64,000 nt of DNA. Origin: Escherichia phage PBECO4. The notes beneath the pieces were generated by a model that worked only from the letters and a program-made list of their open reading frames with translations, was not told where the DNA came from and ran no database searches. Positions 20,355 to 29,801 of this stretch are shown here, piece by piece; within the stretch, counting starts at the first letter, position 1; each line of letters starts with the position of its first letter. The stretch is from sequence record KC295538. The stretch is one strand, 5' to 3'. Made by a program: the position numbers and the translations under genes.

Positions 20355-20728
20355 TCTTCCCCTAGATTGAAATGATTACAAAAATTATCTTCACCAGTAC
20401 TGCACCAGATATCTATACATTCCCTGTGAATACATTTAATTCTACGCTGTAATTCAATCATCTCTTCTAATGTACAGATGTACTTCTTATCAAATACTAA
20501 TGCCTCCTGAAACAGTGCAGCATCATCAAGTACTGTATAGTCCAACATCTCGGTTGCTTTACCCCTAAACCCAGTACTAAAATCCATCAAATAAAAGTCA
20601 GCATTCCAGTACTTTAAAATCTTGTCCCTAGCGTAGTTTAAATCACCCTTGTATAAGTTAGAGTGCGTAACTAACTCACCAGTGTACATCCATGTCCTTG
20701 CACAAAATTCATTATATTTTATTTCCAT
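20351..20728 (-). CDS. FamA paralog, LFQxALVFDKKY subfamily
   Basis: Start moved to ATG at 20728 (MEIKYNEF...); DAALFQEALVFDKKYICTLEEM. Confidence 0.7.
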   Translation of the reverse strand: MEIKYNEFCARTWMYTGELVTHSNLYKGDLNYARDKILKYWNADFYLMDFSTGFRGKATEMLDYTVLDDAALFQEALVFDKKYICTLEEMIELQRRIKCIHRECIDIWCSTGEDNFCNHFNLGEE

Positions 20729-20778
20729 CTTAATCTCTACTATAATTAATAAGGTAAACTCCAATATAAGGAGCACGT

Positions 20779-20909
20779 TGCGGGGCGGGGTATTTTTTTG
20801 TTTCAGGAAACATGCCCTGTACTCTGAAAAACACAATATAAAACTTTATATTAAACATATACCTTAACATGTTTTTCAGCGGAAATTTTTTTGACCCCCC
20901 CCTGCGGCC
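20779..20909. other. GC-rich structured intergenic element (G-tract ... C-tract)
   Basis: gcggggcgggg + T-run at 20780-20800 and gacccccccctgcggcc at 20893-20909 can pair across ~100 nt; unusual in AT-rich context. Confidence 0.4.
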
Positions 20910-20927
20910 TGTCAAAATGAAACGTCT

Positions 20928-21137
20928 CTATTTATTCAGCCTAGAAAGCTTGATTTCTTCAATCCTTTTCATTGCACAAAGCCTTCGACTCGTCATCTCG
21001 TATAAATTCAATACTCGGTTTACCGTATTATCTACACTCTGAACCAAATATGTATCCTTCAAAATCAAATCCATCATGTATTCAAAACCCTTAATACTAT
21101 GCGAACTTATCACTTCCGGCTCTTCAAACGTAATCAT
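20928..21137 (-). CDS. hypothetical protein
   Basis: 69 aa ORF. Confidence 0.5.
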   Translation of the reverse strand: MITFEEPEVISSHSIKGFEYMMDLILKDTYLVQSVDNTVNRVLNLYEMTSRRLCAMKRIEEIKLSRLNK

Positions 21138-21327
21138 AATTCCAATCCCCTATTCCCTCTAACCTTCTAAGATATCTTGCGTAAATTATTTCGAAATATC
21201 TGTGCAACGAAATTACGGATTGCTCATAATCATCATTCCTGTACATTGTGCATGTAAGAAAATCATTTAAACCGTAATCTAAACTGCACTTGAACTTCTC
21301 CTTTGCAACATCTCTAAAATTATTCAT
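21124..21327 (-). CDS. hypothetical protein
   Basis: 67 aa ORF. Confidence 0.5.
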   Translation of the reverse strand: MNNFRDVAKEKFKCSLDYGLNDFLTCTMYRNDDYEQSVISLHRYFEIIYARYLRRLEGIGDWNYDYV

Positions 21328-21487
21328 AATATGTCCTCTGTACAGCGTAGGTGTACTGTGAACTCAGCACCACTAATAGGTAATCTATATTGTAAGCACG
21401 ATTTCCTCGTTGACTAGCACGACTGGAATAAAGAATATTATCCACATATGCATTGAACTGATCTTCAAATAACTCTTTCATCAGCAT
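21324..21487 (-). CDS. small hypothetical protein (54 aa)
   Basis: ATG ORF MLMKELFEDQFNAY...; ATGA stop/start overlap with downstream gene. Confidence 0.35.
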
Positions 21488-21509
21488 TATACCATCACAT
21501 AATCATACA

Positions 21510-22061
21510 TCATACATTAACAACTTTATCGATGTAATCTTCTAACATATCAATATATCTGGTATTGGTTCTAACTAAAAGGTATGCAAATCCAGAAAAC
21601 TCCTGTGTATAATGCTTTACAGCGTACATACAACGAAGCTTATCATTGTCATACATTGTACTGTACTGAAACAAACTCTCGTCTGATAGCTCTAATAACG
21701 CTTGGGCTTCACTTCTCGTGAACTTCATAGGGTCATGTACTGCATCACAAAAACAAACCTGTGTCTCGCTATTGAAACCCTGTGATAGATATATACCTTC
21801 ACACTCTGAACGCACCGATACTGCATTATAACTATGTGTTGCCCCCATCATATCTGAACTCAAAACTAAAATCAACCCATTTTTATTTTTAATCAACAAA
21901 TCTGACTTAAGGGATTTGATCTCCGTATGGGAAATATCACCAAATCTTCCTGGGACTTCAAACTTATCAACGTTGTATACAATCTTTTGTACTTGCTCTT
22001 TTAAACGCTTAATTGCACTTCTGTCTTTTTCTAATGTATCTAATAAACTCATTGAACTCAT
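21510..22061 (-). CDS. FamA paralog
   Basis: Start moved to ATG at 22061 (MSSMSLL...); DESLFQYSTMYD. Confidence 0.65.
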   Translation of the reverse strand: MSSMSLLDTLEKDRSAIKRLKEQVQKIVYNVDKFEVPGRFGDISHTEIKSLKSDLLIKNKNGLILVLSSDMMGATHSYNAVSVRSECEGIYLSQGFNSETQVCFCDAVHDPMKFTRSEAQALLELSDESLFQYSTMYDNDKLRCMYAVKHYTQEFSGFAYLLVRTNTRYIDMLEDYIDKVVNV

Positions 22062-22071
22062 TGTACTTTCC

Positions 22072-22416
22072 TTACATATTTGTACCGAACAAAACGGAAC
22101 TTTGAATGCCATTAATCGACACTTCATGTACATATATATTTTGTCTGAACAAAGGAACTAATTGAACTAAACTCGTTTGCATAATAATATGCATATGTAC
22201 ATTGTCATATGCCGTTTCGTATTGGAATCGTGCAGCTTCATCTTCTATGAAATTCGGAACTTGGACTGGATTCTCAAAATTTGTCCTTGTACTGAACTGT
22301 ACATCATTGTCCTGTACCTTAATACCATATGAATTATCATTGTTATCAACTACATCAAATTCAATTAAACTACCATCTTTACTGACGTTTACTATATAAA
22401 CCGAAAATCGACTCAT
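22072..22416 (-). CDS. FamA-like paralog (divergent)
   Basis: 114 aa; EAARFQYETAYD. Confidence 0.5.
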   Translation of the reverse strand: MSRFSVYIVNVSKDGSLIEFDVVDNNDNSYGIKVQDNDVQFSTRTNFENPVQVPNFIEDEAARFQYETAYDNVHMHIIMQTSLVQLVPLFRQNIYVHEVSINGIQSSVLFGTNM

Positions 22417-22928
22417 AAACCTATTTCCTCTAAATCTTTGACAAATGTATCATAATCCGATAATGACAAAAATATGTCTGTACTGATGTTCTGACGTAAT
22501 GTATTAAACAAATTATGTACCTGTAATAAATCAGGTGAATAAATCAGGGATTGCTGGAAATACGATTCTTCTGTATCTAATATATCCCTGCACTCAATTT
22601 CACGAACTCGTTGGTATATTGAATTTAATAATACATTTTCATCTTTGAGCATTGGAAGGTATCGGATGTACATGTTCTCCATCAACTCATCTTGGATTGA
22701 ACCCCTGAACTGCAACACGTATTCAAAACACATCACTACATCTTGTAGGTAATTGGCACTGTACTGATTACTATACACGATTTTATGACAACTGAACTCG
22801 GAATCATTTCTGAACCAATTGTTACCCTCTTTCCTGTACTTATGACTAAGCTTCCCATCCTCCAACGCTCGAATGAACTTCATAATGTTAATTGCAAAAT
22901 CATATGAATGATGCTTGTGTTGATGCAT
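22413..22928 (-). CDS. FamA paralog
   Basis: 171 aa; EESYFQQSLIY. Confidence 0.7.
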   Translation of the reverse strand: MHQHKHHSYDFAINIMKFIRALEDGKLSHKYRKEGNNWFRNDSEFSCHKIVYSNQYSANYLQDVVMCFEYVLQFRGSIQDELMENMYIRYLPMLKDENVLLNSIYQRVREIECRDILDTEESYFQQSLIYSPDLLQVHNLFNTLRQNISTDIFLSLSDYDTFVKDLEEIGL

Positions 22929-22936
22929 TTTTTACC

Positions 22937-23131
22937 TCAATTCTGTCCGAAAAAATAACCAAAATGTTTAAAGCAAGAAAGCATTACTATGTTCATCACT
23001 CTATCATCAAATTCATCTTGTGTTTCTGCACATAATGTTTCACTGATATTCATATGTAATAATTCAAGCTGGAAACTATCGGTGAACCAATCAAACTTAC
23101 GGTATTTTTGTTTAACATCAACTGTAAGCAT
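22937..23131 (-). CDS. hypothetical protein
   Basis: 64 aa ORF. Confidence 0.45.
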   Translation of the reverse strand: MLTVDVKQKYRKFDWFTDSFQLELLHMNISETLCAETQDEFDDRVMNIVMLSCFKHFGYFFGQN

Positions 23132-23132
23132 A

Positions 23133-23756
23133 CTATATATCCAACCCTTTTACAACATCTACGAAATGTTCAAACACTTCTTTTGAAAAATAACCACCTT
23201 CACAAAAAAGCATACTAAACGGTGGCAGCATGTCCGATAACTCTTTAGCTAAATTGATTTCTGCTCTTAACTCTTGAACATCAATGATATCATGTACTAA
23301 AGATAATTGAAACATGAATGCATCTACATCTTCATTCATTTCTGAATTGTAATATAACTCTTCAGGGAATTTGTCGGTTTCGTAATAATAAAAAACTTTA
23401 TTGTTGAACACACCACTAATAGGAACATCATTTTCATCTTTCTTTGAAATGTTTGTTTCCCATGACTCTATATTATTAGGAACAAAAAAATCATAGGCTG
23501 ATTTTGAACCCTGTACTGAATCCAACTTTATTCCATAATATTCCGTATCCATGTATTTCTGCTGTAATGTAATACCACGTGTACTGACATTCACTTGGAA
23601 TATATCATCTTTATCTGGAACGCTAAATGGAATACATAACACTGAATTCTCAGGGTATTTGGCAATGAATGCATCCAGCACTTTATTAAGCACTGGAATG
23701 GCAATTTTACTGTACTGCATCAAATCATACATTTTAATTCTGGTCATATCATTCAC
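23133..23756 (-). CDS. FamA paralog
   Basis: 207 aa; DAFMFQLSLVHD. Confidence 0.7.
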   Translation of the reverse strand: MNDMTRIKMYDLMQYSKIAIPVLNKVLDAFIAKYPENSVLCIPFSVPDKDDIFQVNVSTRGITLQQKYMDTEYYGIKLDSVQGSKSAYDFFVPNNIESWETNISKKDENDVPISGVFNNKVFYYYETDKFPEELYYNSEMNEDVDAFMFQLSLVHDIIDVQELRAEINLAKELSDMLPPFSMLFCEGGYFSKEVFEHFVDVVKGLDI

Positions 23757-24279
23757 CTGTGTATGTTTTCACCCTTAGCGATTCAAAATCCCATACATCA
23801 CTGATTGTACCATTGTGCCTGTAATCATAATATTCTACTAATACATTATACAATAACTTCAACGATACAAATTCATGATTCCACGGAGCTTTATTCTCAT
23901 GAACACATTTGGTGATATAAGGTATAATATATAAACTAAACAACACTAATGGTGAATGTATACATTGCATTTGAAAATATTCTTCTTCTTGCATACAATG
24001 TTCAGGAATAATTAGATCATAATGTGTCTCAAATAAATGTAAACCTATTGTGGTTTTTTTCGTATCACATGCGTACCATATTGTACTATCCGAAATAAAT
24101 GGAATGATACCATTATTGTTTGCAATGTACATCATATGGTAAGAGCGATTTGTCTTGTTAAATATCTCGATACTTTCGATATTACTACAAATCATGTATT
24201 CAAGGCAATCAATGATCTTATCTTTAAATGTACCAATTTCATTGAATGACATTGCTTTCTGTACTGTTGTACTGCTCAT
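23749..24279 (-). CDS. FamA paralog
   Basis: 176 aa; EEEYFQMQCIH. Confidence 0.65.
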   Translation of the reverse strand: MSSTTVQKAMSFNEIGTFKDKIIDCLEYMICSNIESIEIFNKTNRSYHMMYIANNNGIIPFISDSTIWYACDTKKTTIGLHLFETHYDLIIPEHCMQEEEYFQMQCIHSPLVLFSLYIIPYITKCVHENKAPWNHEFVSLKLLYNVLVEYYDYRHNGTISDVWDFESLRVKTYTGE

Positions 24280-24818
24280 ATGTTCTCCTTAAAAAAATCC
24301 AAATACTCTTCATTGAAAGCATATGTATCATCTTTTATGTTATGCACCACATAATCATAAAGAGCTATGAATGCAGGGATTATGATCTTACATGATGTAT
24401 TATTATATTTGTGCTGCTCCAAATCAACGGTATTCAATTTAGCAATAAGCATAGCAACAAAGATATCTTCATGGCGGTGTACTGTACTGTACTGAAAATA
24501 TTCATCCTCTCCAATATCAGGATGATATAACGGTATATCCAAATTATTACGAATTGACATTTTATATTTTTGTAATGCAGCTAAATGCATGAACCACAAT
24601 CTATCTTCATGGAAAGATGGAAAAATAATTTTGTCTGTGCTAATAAAAATTTCTTCATTTCGATTATTTGTCACAAGAGGTGCATACATTTTAATTTTTG
24701 CAGATCTAATAATTAAATTAAAAATATAATGAATCTTATGAACTGCACTTGATGCATCTTCGTATGTACTTGGGATTATGAAACTCACTATATGTTCTCC
24801 TTTAAAATGATTACACAT
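24276..24818 (-). CDS. FamA paralog
   Basis: 180 aa; EDEYFQYSTVH. Confidence 0.7.
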   Translation of the reverse strand: MCNHFKGEHIVSFIIPSTYEDASSAVHKIHYIFNLIIRSAKIKMYAPLVTNNRNEEIFISTDKIIFPSFHEDRLWFMHLAALQKYKMSIRNNLDIPLYHPDIGEDEYFQYSTVHRHEDIFVAMLIAKLNTVDLEQHKYNNTSCKIIIPAFIALYDYVVHNIKDDTYAFNEEYLDFFKENI

Positions 24819-24870
24819 GATAACAGCTTTGGTCTTCTATGTCAATACCAAAACGAAAAAAGCCCATATC

Positions 24871-25377
24871 TTACGATACAGGCGTTCTGGGCATGTTTAT
24901 TTGAATTTCATTGTACAAATCATCAATATATAGACATGAAAACGATACACTTTCTTTAACTATATTGTTGTGATAAAGCATTTTAAATGCAATATAGAAA
25001 AATAAATCAATATCATCATGTACTAAATTCTGCTGGAACCACCACTCTTCTGTTAAATCTTGTGCATTAAAATCATCAGGAACTACAATTGACGACATAT
25101 CAGAATCTTCTTTGTACTCAAACCACATGTCGTCATTCGGATAACGTTCATGCTTCTCTGGGTAACAATTGGTGGGATTAAATGCTAAAATATAAAATGC
25201 CGTCGAAGAATGTTCTTTATTAAAAAATGAATTATTCCACACCTGATACCTTTCACCAACATCAAGCTCTTTTGATACTGATGTTATTGCACATAATGTA
25301 CTGTATATTGTTTCTATTTTGTGAACAAATTTAAATGCTGCATCTAAACTGAACTCTAAATCAGACATGCGGTGCAT
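24871..25377 (-). CDS. FamA paralog
   Basis: 168 aa; EEWWFQQNLVHD. Confidence 0.7.
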   Translation of the reverse strand: MHRMSDLEFSLDAAFKFVHKIETIYSTLCAITSVSKELDVGERYQVWNNSFFNKEHSSTAFYILAFNPTNCYPEKHERYPNDDMWFEYKEDSDMSSIVVPDDFNAQDLTEEWWFQQNLVHDDIDLFFYIAFKMLYHNNIVKESVSFSCLYIDDLYNEIQINMPRTPVS

Positions 25378-25697
25378 AAAATTACCTCAACTAAAACAAG
25401 AACGGTATTGAATTCGATGCAACCTTTGATTCCTTGATTGTACATGTACTTTGCTACTACATATTTCTGTACTAAATTATAATTTTTAAATTCCTCAAAA
25501 TTGTAATTTAGAACAAAATCTGTACTCAAAAATAACTTATGCATCTCTAATGCACTTTGATAATACGCGTACAACTCACGGATATCAATACTGGTTAAAT
25601 TATATTGTTCATATCTATGATACGGGATGGCTTCAATTTCAATACTATAAAACCATTCTCTTAACTTATTAATATCAAATGTATTATTCAGCTTCAT
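25356..25697 (-). CDS. hypothetical protein
   Basis: 113 aa ORF. Confidence 0.5.
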   Translation of the reverse strand: MKLNNTFDINKLREWFYSIEIEAIPYHRYEQYNLTSIDIRELYAYYQSALEMHKLFLSTDFVLNYNFEEFKNYNLVQKYVVAKYMYNQGIKGCIEFNTVLVLVEVILCTACLI

Positions 25698-26250
25698 AAC
25701 TCAATACCTCCATTAAACACTCATACACACCATCAATCGCATAAGCACAAAAATTGAAATTAATTTTGTGATTCTTGTGTAATGGACTATTGTGTACTGT
25801 ACTCATTATGACATTATAAAATAACAAACGCACTGGTACAAGCATTGAACCTTGGAAAAATTCTTCCTCTGATTTATATGTATTGTACTCTATTGCTTTG
25901 TTCGTTTCTGTATCATATTTTACCATTACTAACGGGGCATTTTTATTATACCATGCGTACTCTAAATCATTCTTTCCAATAACAGCACCAGGTGCAAAAT
26001 CCAAAAGACCAATAACACTACGGGCATTTGGTGTATCAGGTGTATTGAATCGTTTATCAAAATGACTCGTGCACGTAATATATGTATTGTACTTCGATGG
26101 AATAATACCAATACATTTGTGGAAATGACGCTTGTGATATTTCTGGGCATTATATAAGGCTGCAACAATACAAGCTAACTTTTGTCCCATAAGGATGGCA
26201 TTAGCGTAGGTGTACTGAATATCATTGCTGGTACGGTACTTCGAGGTCAT
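25684..26250 (-). CDS. FamA paralog
   Basis: 188 aa; EEEFFQGSMLV. Confidence 0.7.
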   Translation of the reverse strand: MTSKYRTSNDIQYTYANAILMGQKLACIVAALYNAQKYHKRHFHKCIGIIPSKYNTYITCTSHFDKRFNTPDTPNARSVIGLLDFAPGAVIGKNDLEYAWYNKNAPLVMVKYDTETNKAIEYNTYKSEEEFFQGSMLVPVRLLFYNVIMSTVHNSPLHKNHKINFNFCAYAIDGVYECLMEVLSYEAE

Positions 26251-26533
26251 AATATTTCCTTTGCCATATCATGGGCTTAAAATCAATAACAGCTTTCTGT
26301 ATCTTTTTTAATAATAAGACATCATAACCACCCGTGTCAATCACTAATTGCTGTTGGAACAATTCTTCATCGGATAATGTATTGAAATCTACAAAATAAT
26401 CTGTAACTATCGAATCATTTAAATGTGCCATGTACCAACCTGAACTTCTTGAATAAATCAAATTCCACCCATCGTCATCATCTTCTAATTCAACATAAAT
26501 CATATCTGGGGTATACATCATTTTATACTTCAT
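26222..26533 (-). CDS. FamA paralog
   Basis: 103 aa; DEELFQQQLVID. Confidence 0.65.
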   Translation of the reverse strand: MKYKMMYTPDMIYVELEDDDDGWNLIYSRSSGWYMAHLNDSIVTDYFVDFNTLSDEELFQQQLVIDTGGYDVLLLKKIQKAVIDFKPMIWQRKYYDLEVPYQQ

Positions 26534-27077
26534 AACTATATCCTTGCATTAATAAATCATAAACTACATGGACTAAATTTAATTGAATATAAAATTTTAA
26601 ACCTTTAATTAATGAATTCAAATGCATTGTACTGAATAACATTAGATACATCATCTCATGCGGTTTTGTGATTAATGATTTTTGAAATACTTCAGCTTCA
26701 TCATAAGGGTCTATGAACTGAAATTTGTCTTCATCATAATTTGTATTGGAATGCTGATATATAAAATAATCATCATTGGTATTGTACCACAAATATCCTT
26801 CGAATCCTGTACTAACATCTTTGGTCAATGGGGATGCTGATACTGGATTTGAACTGATTAATGCACCTACATCAACAATCCCCGTTGTATCATATTCGAT
26901 TTCAACATCAATGTCAATATCAATGTATTTCCTTGCGATATCTGCGTTTATGGACAAATATAAACTACCACCTGTCCTCTGACTCAGGATTCCATCTATC
27001 TGCGATATAGGATGGTTGTTATTGAGGATAAGCATTATTGTACTTATCTTGTGTGCTAATAACTCTATCTCATTCAT
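26523..27077 (-). CDS. FamA paralog
   Basis: 184 aa; EAEVFQKSLIT. Confidence 0.7.
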   Translation of the reverse strand: MNEIELLAHKISTIMLILNNNHPISQIDGILSQRTGGSLYLSINADIARKYIDIDIDVEIEYDTTGIVDVGALISSNPVSASPLTKDVSTGFEGYLWYNTNDDYFIYQHSNTNYDEDKFQFIDPYDEAEVFQKSLITKPHEMMYLMLFSTMHLNSLIKGLKFYIQLNLVHVVYDLLMQGYSYEV

Positions 27078-27277
27078 AATTTACCTATCGATGGATACCT
27101 AGGATTTGTAGGATGTAAAATCCTGTCCTGTACTGAAAGGTGCTCAAATGTAATTAAACTCAAATAATAATCGTAATTATCAATACCACCCTTCAAATGT
27201 ATATTGTAATACATCTTAATACTATCTAATAATGAATCCTGTAATGCATTTAATGTTATCGTATTAATCTTTTGCAT
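27074..27277 (-). CDS. hypothetical protein
   Basis: 67 aa ORF. Confidence 0.45.
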   Translation of the reverse strand: MQKINTITLNALQDSLLDSIKMYYNIHLKGGIDNYDYYLSLITFEHLSVQDRILHPTNPRYPSIGKL

Positions 27278-27425
27278 TAATGTTCTTCTCTTAAAAATCG
27301 TTTGATAGCATAATCTAAATAAAATTCATAACACATGCTATCTCTGTTCTTTATCCATATTTTGTAATCGGATTTTATATTACGCAACAAATAATTTGTA
27401 TTAATTGTGTAATAATCTAATCGCC

Positions 27426-27812
27426 CTAATCTTTCCATTTAATAGGATACTCCTTTCCTTGTACTATATATGACAAAATCCATCCGTAATGAATAGGATG
27501 ATTTTTATCTGAATCAGGAATAAAATATAAAGCTGTACTTGGATTATGACTGAATAAATCTTTATTGTCAAATGTAAAATGTGATAATATAATTTTCCTT
27601 GTACTTGGACGAATAACATTCTTAACACTGAACTCTGTTCCTTTGTATTTCTCCGAGAATTCAAATAATGCATCTGTAATTAAATCACTGAACTCTTGGA
27701 TTACAAAATTCTGATAAAATGCATTAATCTCTTTTAACTCTGTATACAATTCACTTCTGGTATTCAAAAGGAATATTACTTGTTTAAGATCCTGTACTAT
27801 TGTTGGGTTCAT
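27426..27812 (-). CDS. hypothetical protein
   Basis: 128 aa ORF. Confidence 0.55.
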   Translation of the reverse strand: MNPTIVQDLKQVIFLLNTRSELYTELKEINAFYQNFVIQEFSDLITDALFEFSEKYKGTEFSVKNVIRPSTRKIILSHFTFDNKDLFSHNPSTALYFIPDSDKNHPIHYGWILSYIVQGKEYPIKWKD

Positions 27813-28071
27813 ATTTGTTTATCTCATTATGTACCTTAAGCATAAAAATTTGCATATGAATTTTTTGTTCAAGGTGCTTGATAAATTTCTGTACTGTATC
27901 TTCTTGATCTTTTGTACCAAGATAAAATAACATATTAAATTCAGATAATCTCAGAGAGAAATCTTCCTCTCCCCCTCGTAAACAAAAATCCCTGTACTTT
28001 GAAGCGTACAATAAAGAATCTACCTTTTTATATATTTGGGTCTGCATTGTATCTCCATTTTCAAGGACCAT
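27784..28071 (-). CDS. FamB paralog
   Basis: 95 aa; LFYLGTKDQEDTV. Confidence 0.6.
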   Translation of the reverse strand: MVLENGDTMQTQIYKKVDSLLYASKYRDFCLRGGEEDFSLRLSEFNMLFYLGTKDQEDTVQKFIKHLEQKIHMQIFMLKVHNEINKYEPNNSTGS

Positions 28072-28232
28072 ATGAGCTTATCAACGCATTGATCCTGTGC
28101 TATTGTCCCTAGATAAAATAATACATCAAAATCTGATATTTTGATATTAAAAGGATCGGTGTGTACATTTTTAATAAACTCCCTGTACTTCATTTCATAT
28201 GCATTAGGTATATTCTTATATGTCAATTTCAA
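28020..28232 (-). CDS. FamB paralog
   Basis: 70 aa; LFYLGTIAQDQCV. Confidence 0.6.
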   Translation of the reverse strand: MKLTYKNIPNAYEMKYREFIKNVHTDPFNIKISDFDVLFYLGTIAQDQCVDKLIWSLKMEIQCRPKYIKR

Positions 28233-28533
28233 TGATCCTCCCTGACATACCTTGTATTAGCTTATCATACATATCGAGCATCACTTTTTGAATACTAATT
28301 AGTACTGGCATCGTGCAAATATCAATGTCGTATACTAAGCTGTACTGGAATAATTCATCTTCCTGCATTTGTACTAAATTAGGTAAAAGATAATTGTCTG
28401 CCTCTTCATCCTGGTACTTGAAATGCATAACACCATCCTTTTTGTACAAAAGAATGTCAATATCACCCAACTCTTCGGCATAACCAAATATACATATATT
28501 AGATGTTTTTGCTATATTAAATTTCATCTCCAC
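28216..28533 (-). CDS. FamA paralog (short)
   Basis: 105 aa; EDELFQYSLVYD. Confidence 0.7.
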   Translation of the reverse strand: MEMKFNIAKTSNICIFGYAEELGDIDILLYKKDGVMHFKYQDEEADNYLLPNLVQMQEDELFQYSLVYDIDICTMPVLISIQKVMLDMYDKLIQGMSGRIIEIDI

Positions 28534-28769
28534 CTCTCTCCGTCAGCACAAGAGTACTGGTACGTTGTCGTTAGGGTAGGGACCATGTTCGTAATGGGCA
28601 TGTTGTTAACAATAACCGTAACAGGCATAAGAATCGTCTCTACTCTACTCTGTCCTGTCCTTGTGCAATTCATCTTCTGCATTTCATCTGAATCCATGAA
28701 ATACAATACAAATGGTGCAATCCCAAGAACAATACACAAGACGATAAGGAAATTTAAAAAATTTAACAT
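28524..28769 (-). CDS. small membrane protein (single N-terminal TM helix)
   Basis: 81 aa; hydrophobic FLNFLIVLCIVLGIAPFVLYF. Confidence 0.5.
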   Translation of the reverse strand: MLNFLNFLIVLCIVLGIAPFVLYFMDSDEMQKMNCTRTGQSRVETILMPVTVIVNNMPITNMVPTLTTTYQYSCADGERWR

Positions 28770-28830
28770 AATTTTCTACCCTAATGATTAACGTACAGGT
28801 ACTATATCAGTAATGAAAAGTACTGTCAAG

Positions 28831-29226
28831 CTAGTATTGCACTGTTCTAATGAAAGTACCTTTACTCATGGATTTAAGCTTATGAACCTCTTCCTGTATA
28901 CCCTTGATTAACCCTAAAGGTATAGGTACATCATGTACTAAGCTGTACTGAAAGTATTCTTCTTCAGATAAAGTACTAACATCTGGAACGCCAATTTTAG
29001 TTAGATAATCTTGATGTGTTGACCAATAAATTATATCTTCAGTACTATTGTACTCCCCATATACTGAACAATATTGATGAATATCTTTCCTGTACCCTTG
29101 AGCAATAAAGAACTTATCTACTGCATTACCAGCATTAATAGAATTCACTTCGATTGTCACAGTACTTGAGCTTGTATAACTCTTAATATTATCAGTACTC
29201 AACTGTGTGTTCTTCATAATCACCAT
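28831..29226 (-). CDS. FamA paralog
   Basis: 131 aa; EEEYFQYSLVHD. Confidence 0.7.
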   Translation of the reverse strand: MVIMKNTQLSTDNIKSYTSSSTVTIEVNSINAGNAVDKFFIAQGYRKDIHQYCSVYGEYNSTEDIIYWSTHQDYLTKIGVPDVSTLSEEEYFQYSLVHDVPIPLGLIKGIQEEVHKLKSMSKGTFIRTVQY

Positions 29227-29536
29227 TAGGCTCCTGTTTAGATTCTTTCATTAGTACTATCATCTTATGTACTAATGGCATAGGAAACTCTAAATCCCAT
29301 ACTAATGATTCCTGAAAGTATTCCTCTGGTGATAAAGTACTTAAATCTTTAATATCAACGTGCTTGTATATTTTATTTTCGTAATTAACAAATGATATAT
29401 ATAAATCACTAACATAAGAATCATAGGTAATTGTGAATGGCTTACCCTTGTAATCCATTACATCTCTACATAGACTACTTTTGATATATGTATGTTCAAA
29501 TGATTTATATACCTTGAGTTGTATATTAGTTTTCAT
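29192..29536 (-). CDS. FamA paralog
   Basis: 114 aa; PEEYFQESLVWD. Confidence 0.7.
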   Translation of the reverse strand: MKTNIQLKVYKSFEHTYIKSSLCRDVMDYKGKPFTITYDSYVSDLYISFVNYENKIYKHVDIKDLSTLSPEEYFQESLVWDLEFPMPLVHKMIVLMKESKQEPNGDYEEHTVEY

Positions 29537-29801
29537 ATTTCTCTTTATTAGCTTGTTTGGTTTTATAGTGAATTAAATCTATTAATGTAATCAAGTACAA
29601 CGTCAAATAGTACTCTTGTTGATCTGTACCTAATGATACAAAGAACTTGTGCTCATAGATTAAAACCTGTTTCTCTTCAAATGGACATTTAATCCTCTGT
29701 ATAGGCTTAAGTAAATGATAGTACTTATTAAATCTATGATACATTTCTAGTTCTGTCAGTACTTTCATATTAAACATGTACTCCATTAGCAGTAGCATCA
29801 C
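29526..29801 (-). CDS. FamB paralog
   Basis: 91 aa; FFVSLGTDQQEYY. Confidence 0.6.
   Translation of the reverse strand: MMLLLMEYMFNMKVLTELEMYHRFNKYYHLLKPIQRIKCPFEEKQVLIYEHKFFVSLGTDQQEYYLTLYLITLIDLIHYKTKQANKEKYEN

Noticed and set aside
255-29536. Reading the FamA motif E-E-(Y/L)-(Y/F)-F-Q-x-S as a shared protease cleavage site (it resembles potyviral NIa/TEV-type E-x-x-Y-x-Q/S sites)
   Set aside because: The invariant Ser is at P2' rather than P1', P1' is highly variable, and no protease gene is visible in the window; the resemblance is more likely coincidental, so I treat the motif as a structural or binding module. It remains testable by mass spectrometry for a C-terminal ~45-aa fragment.
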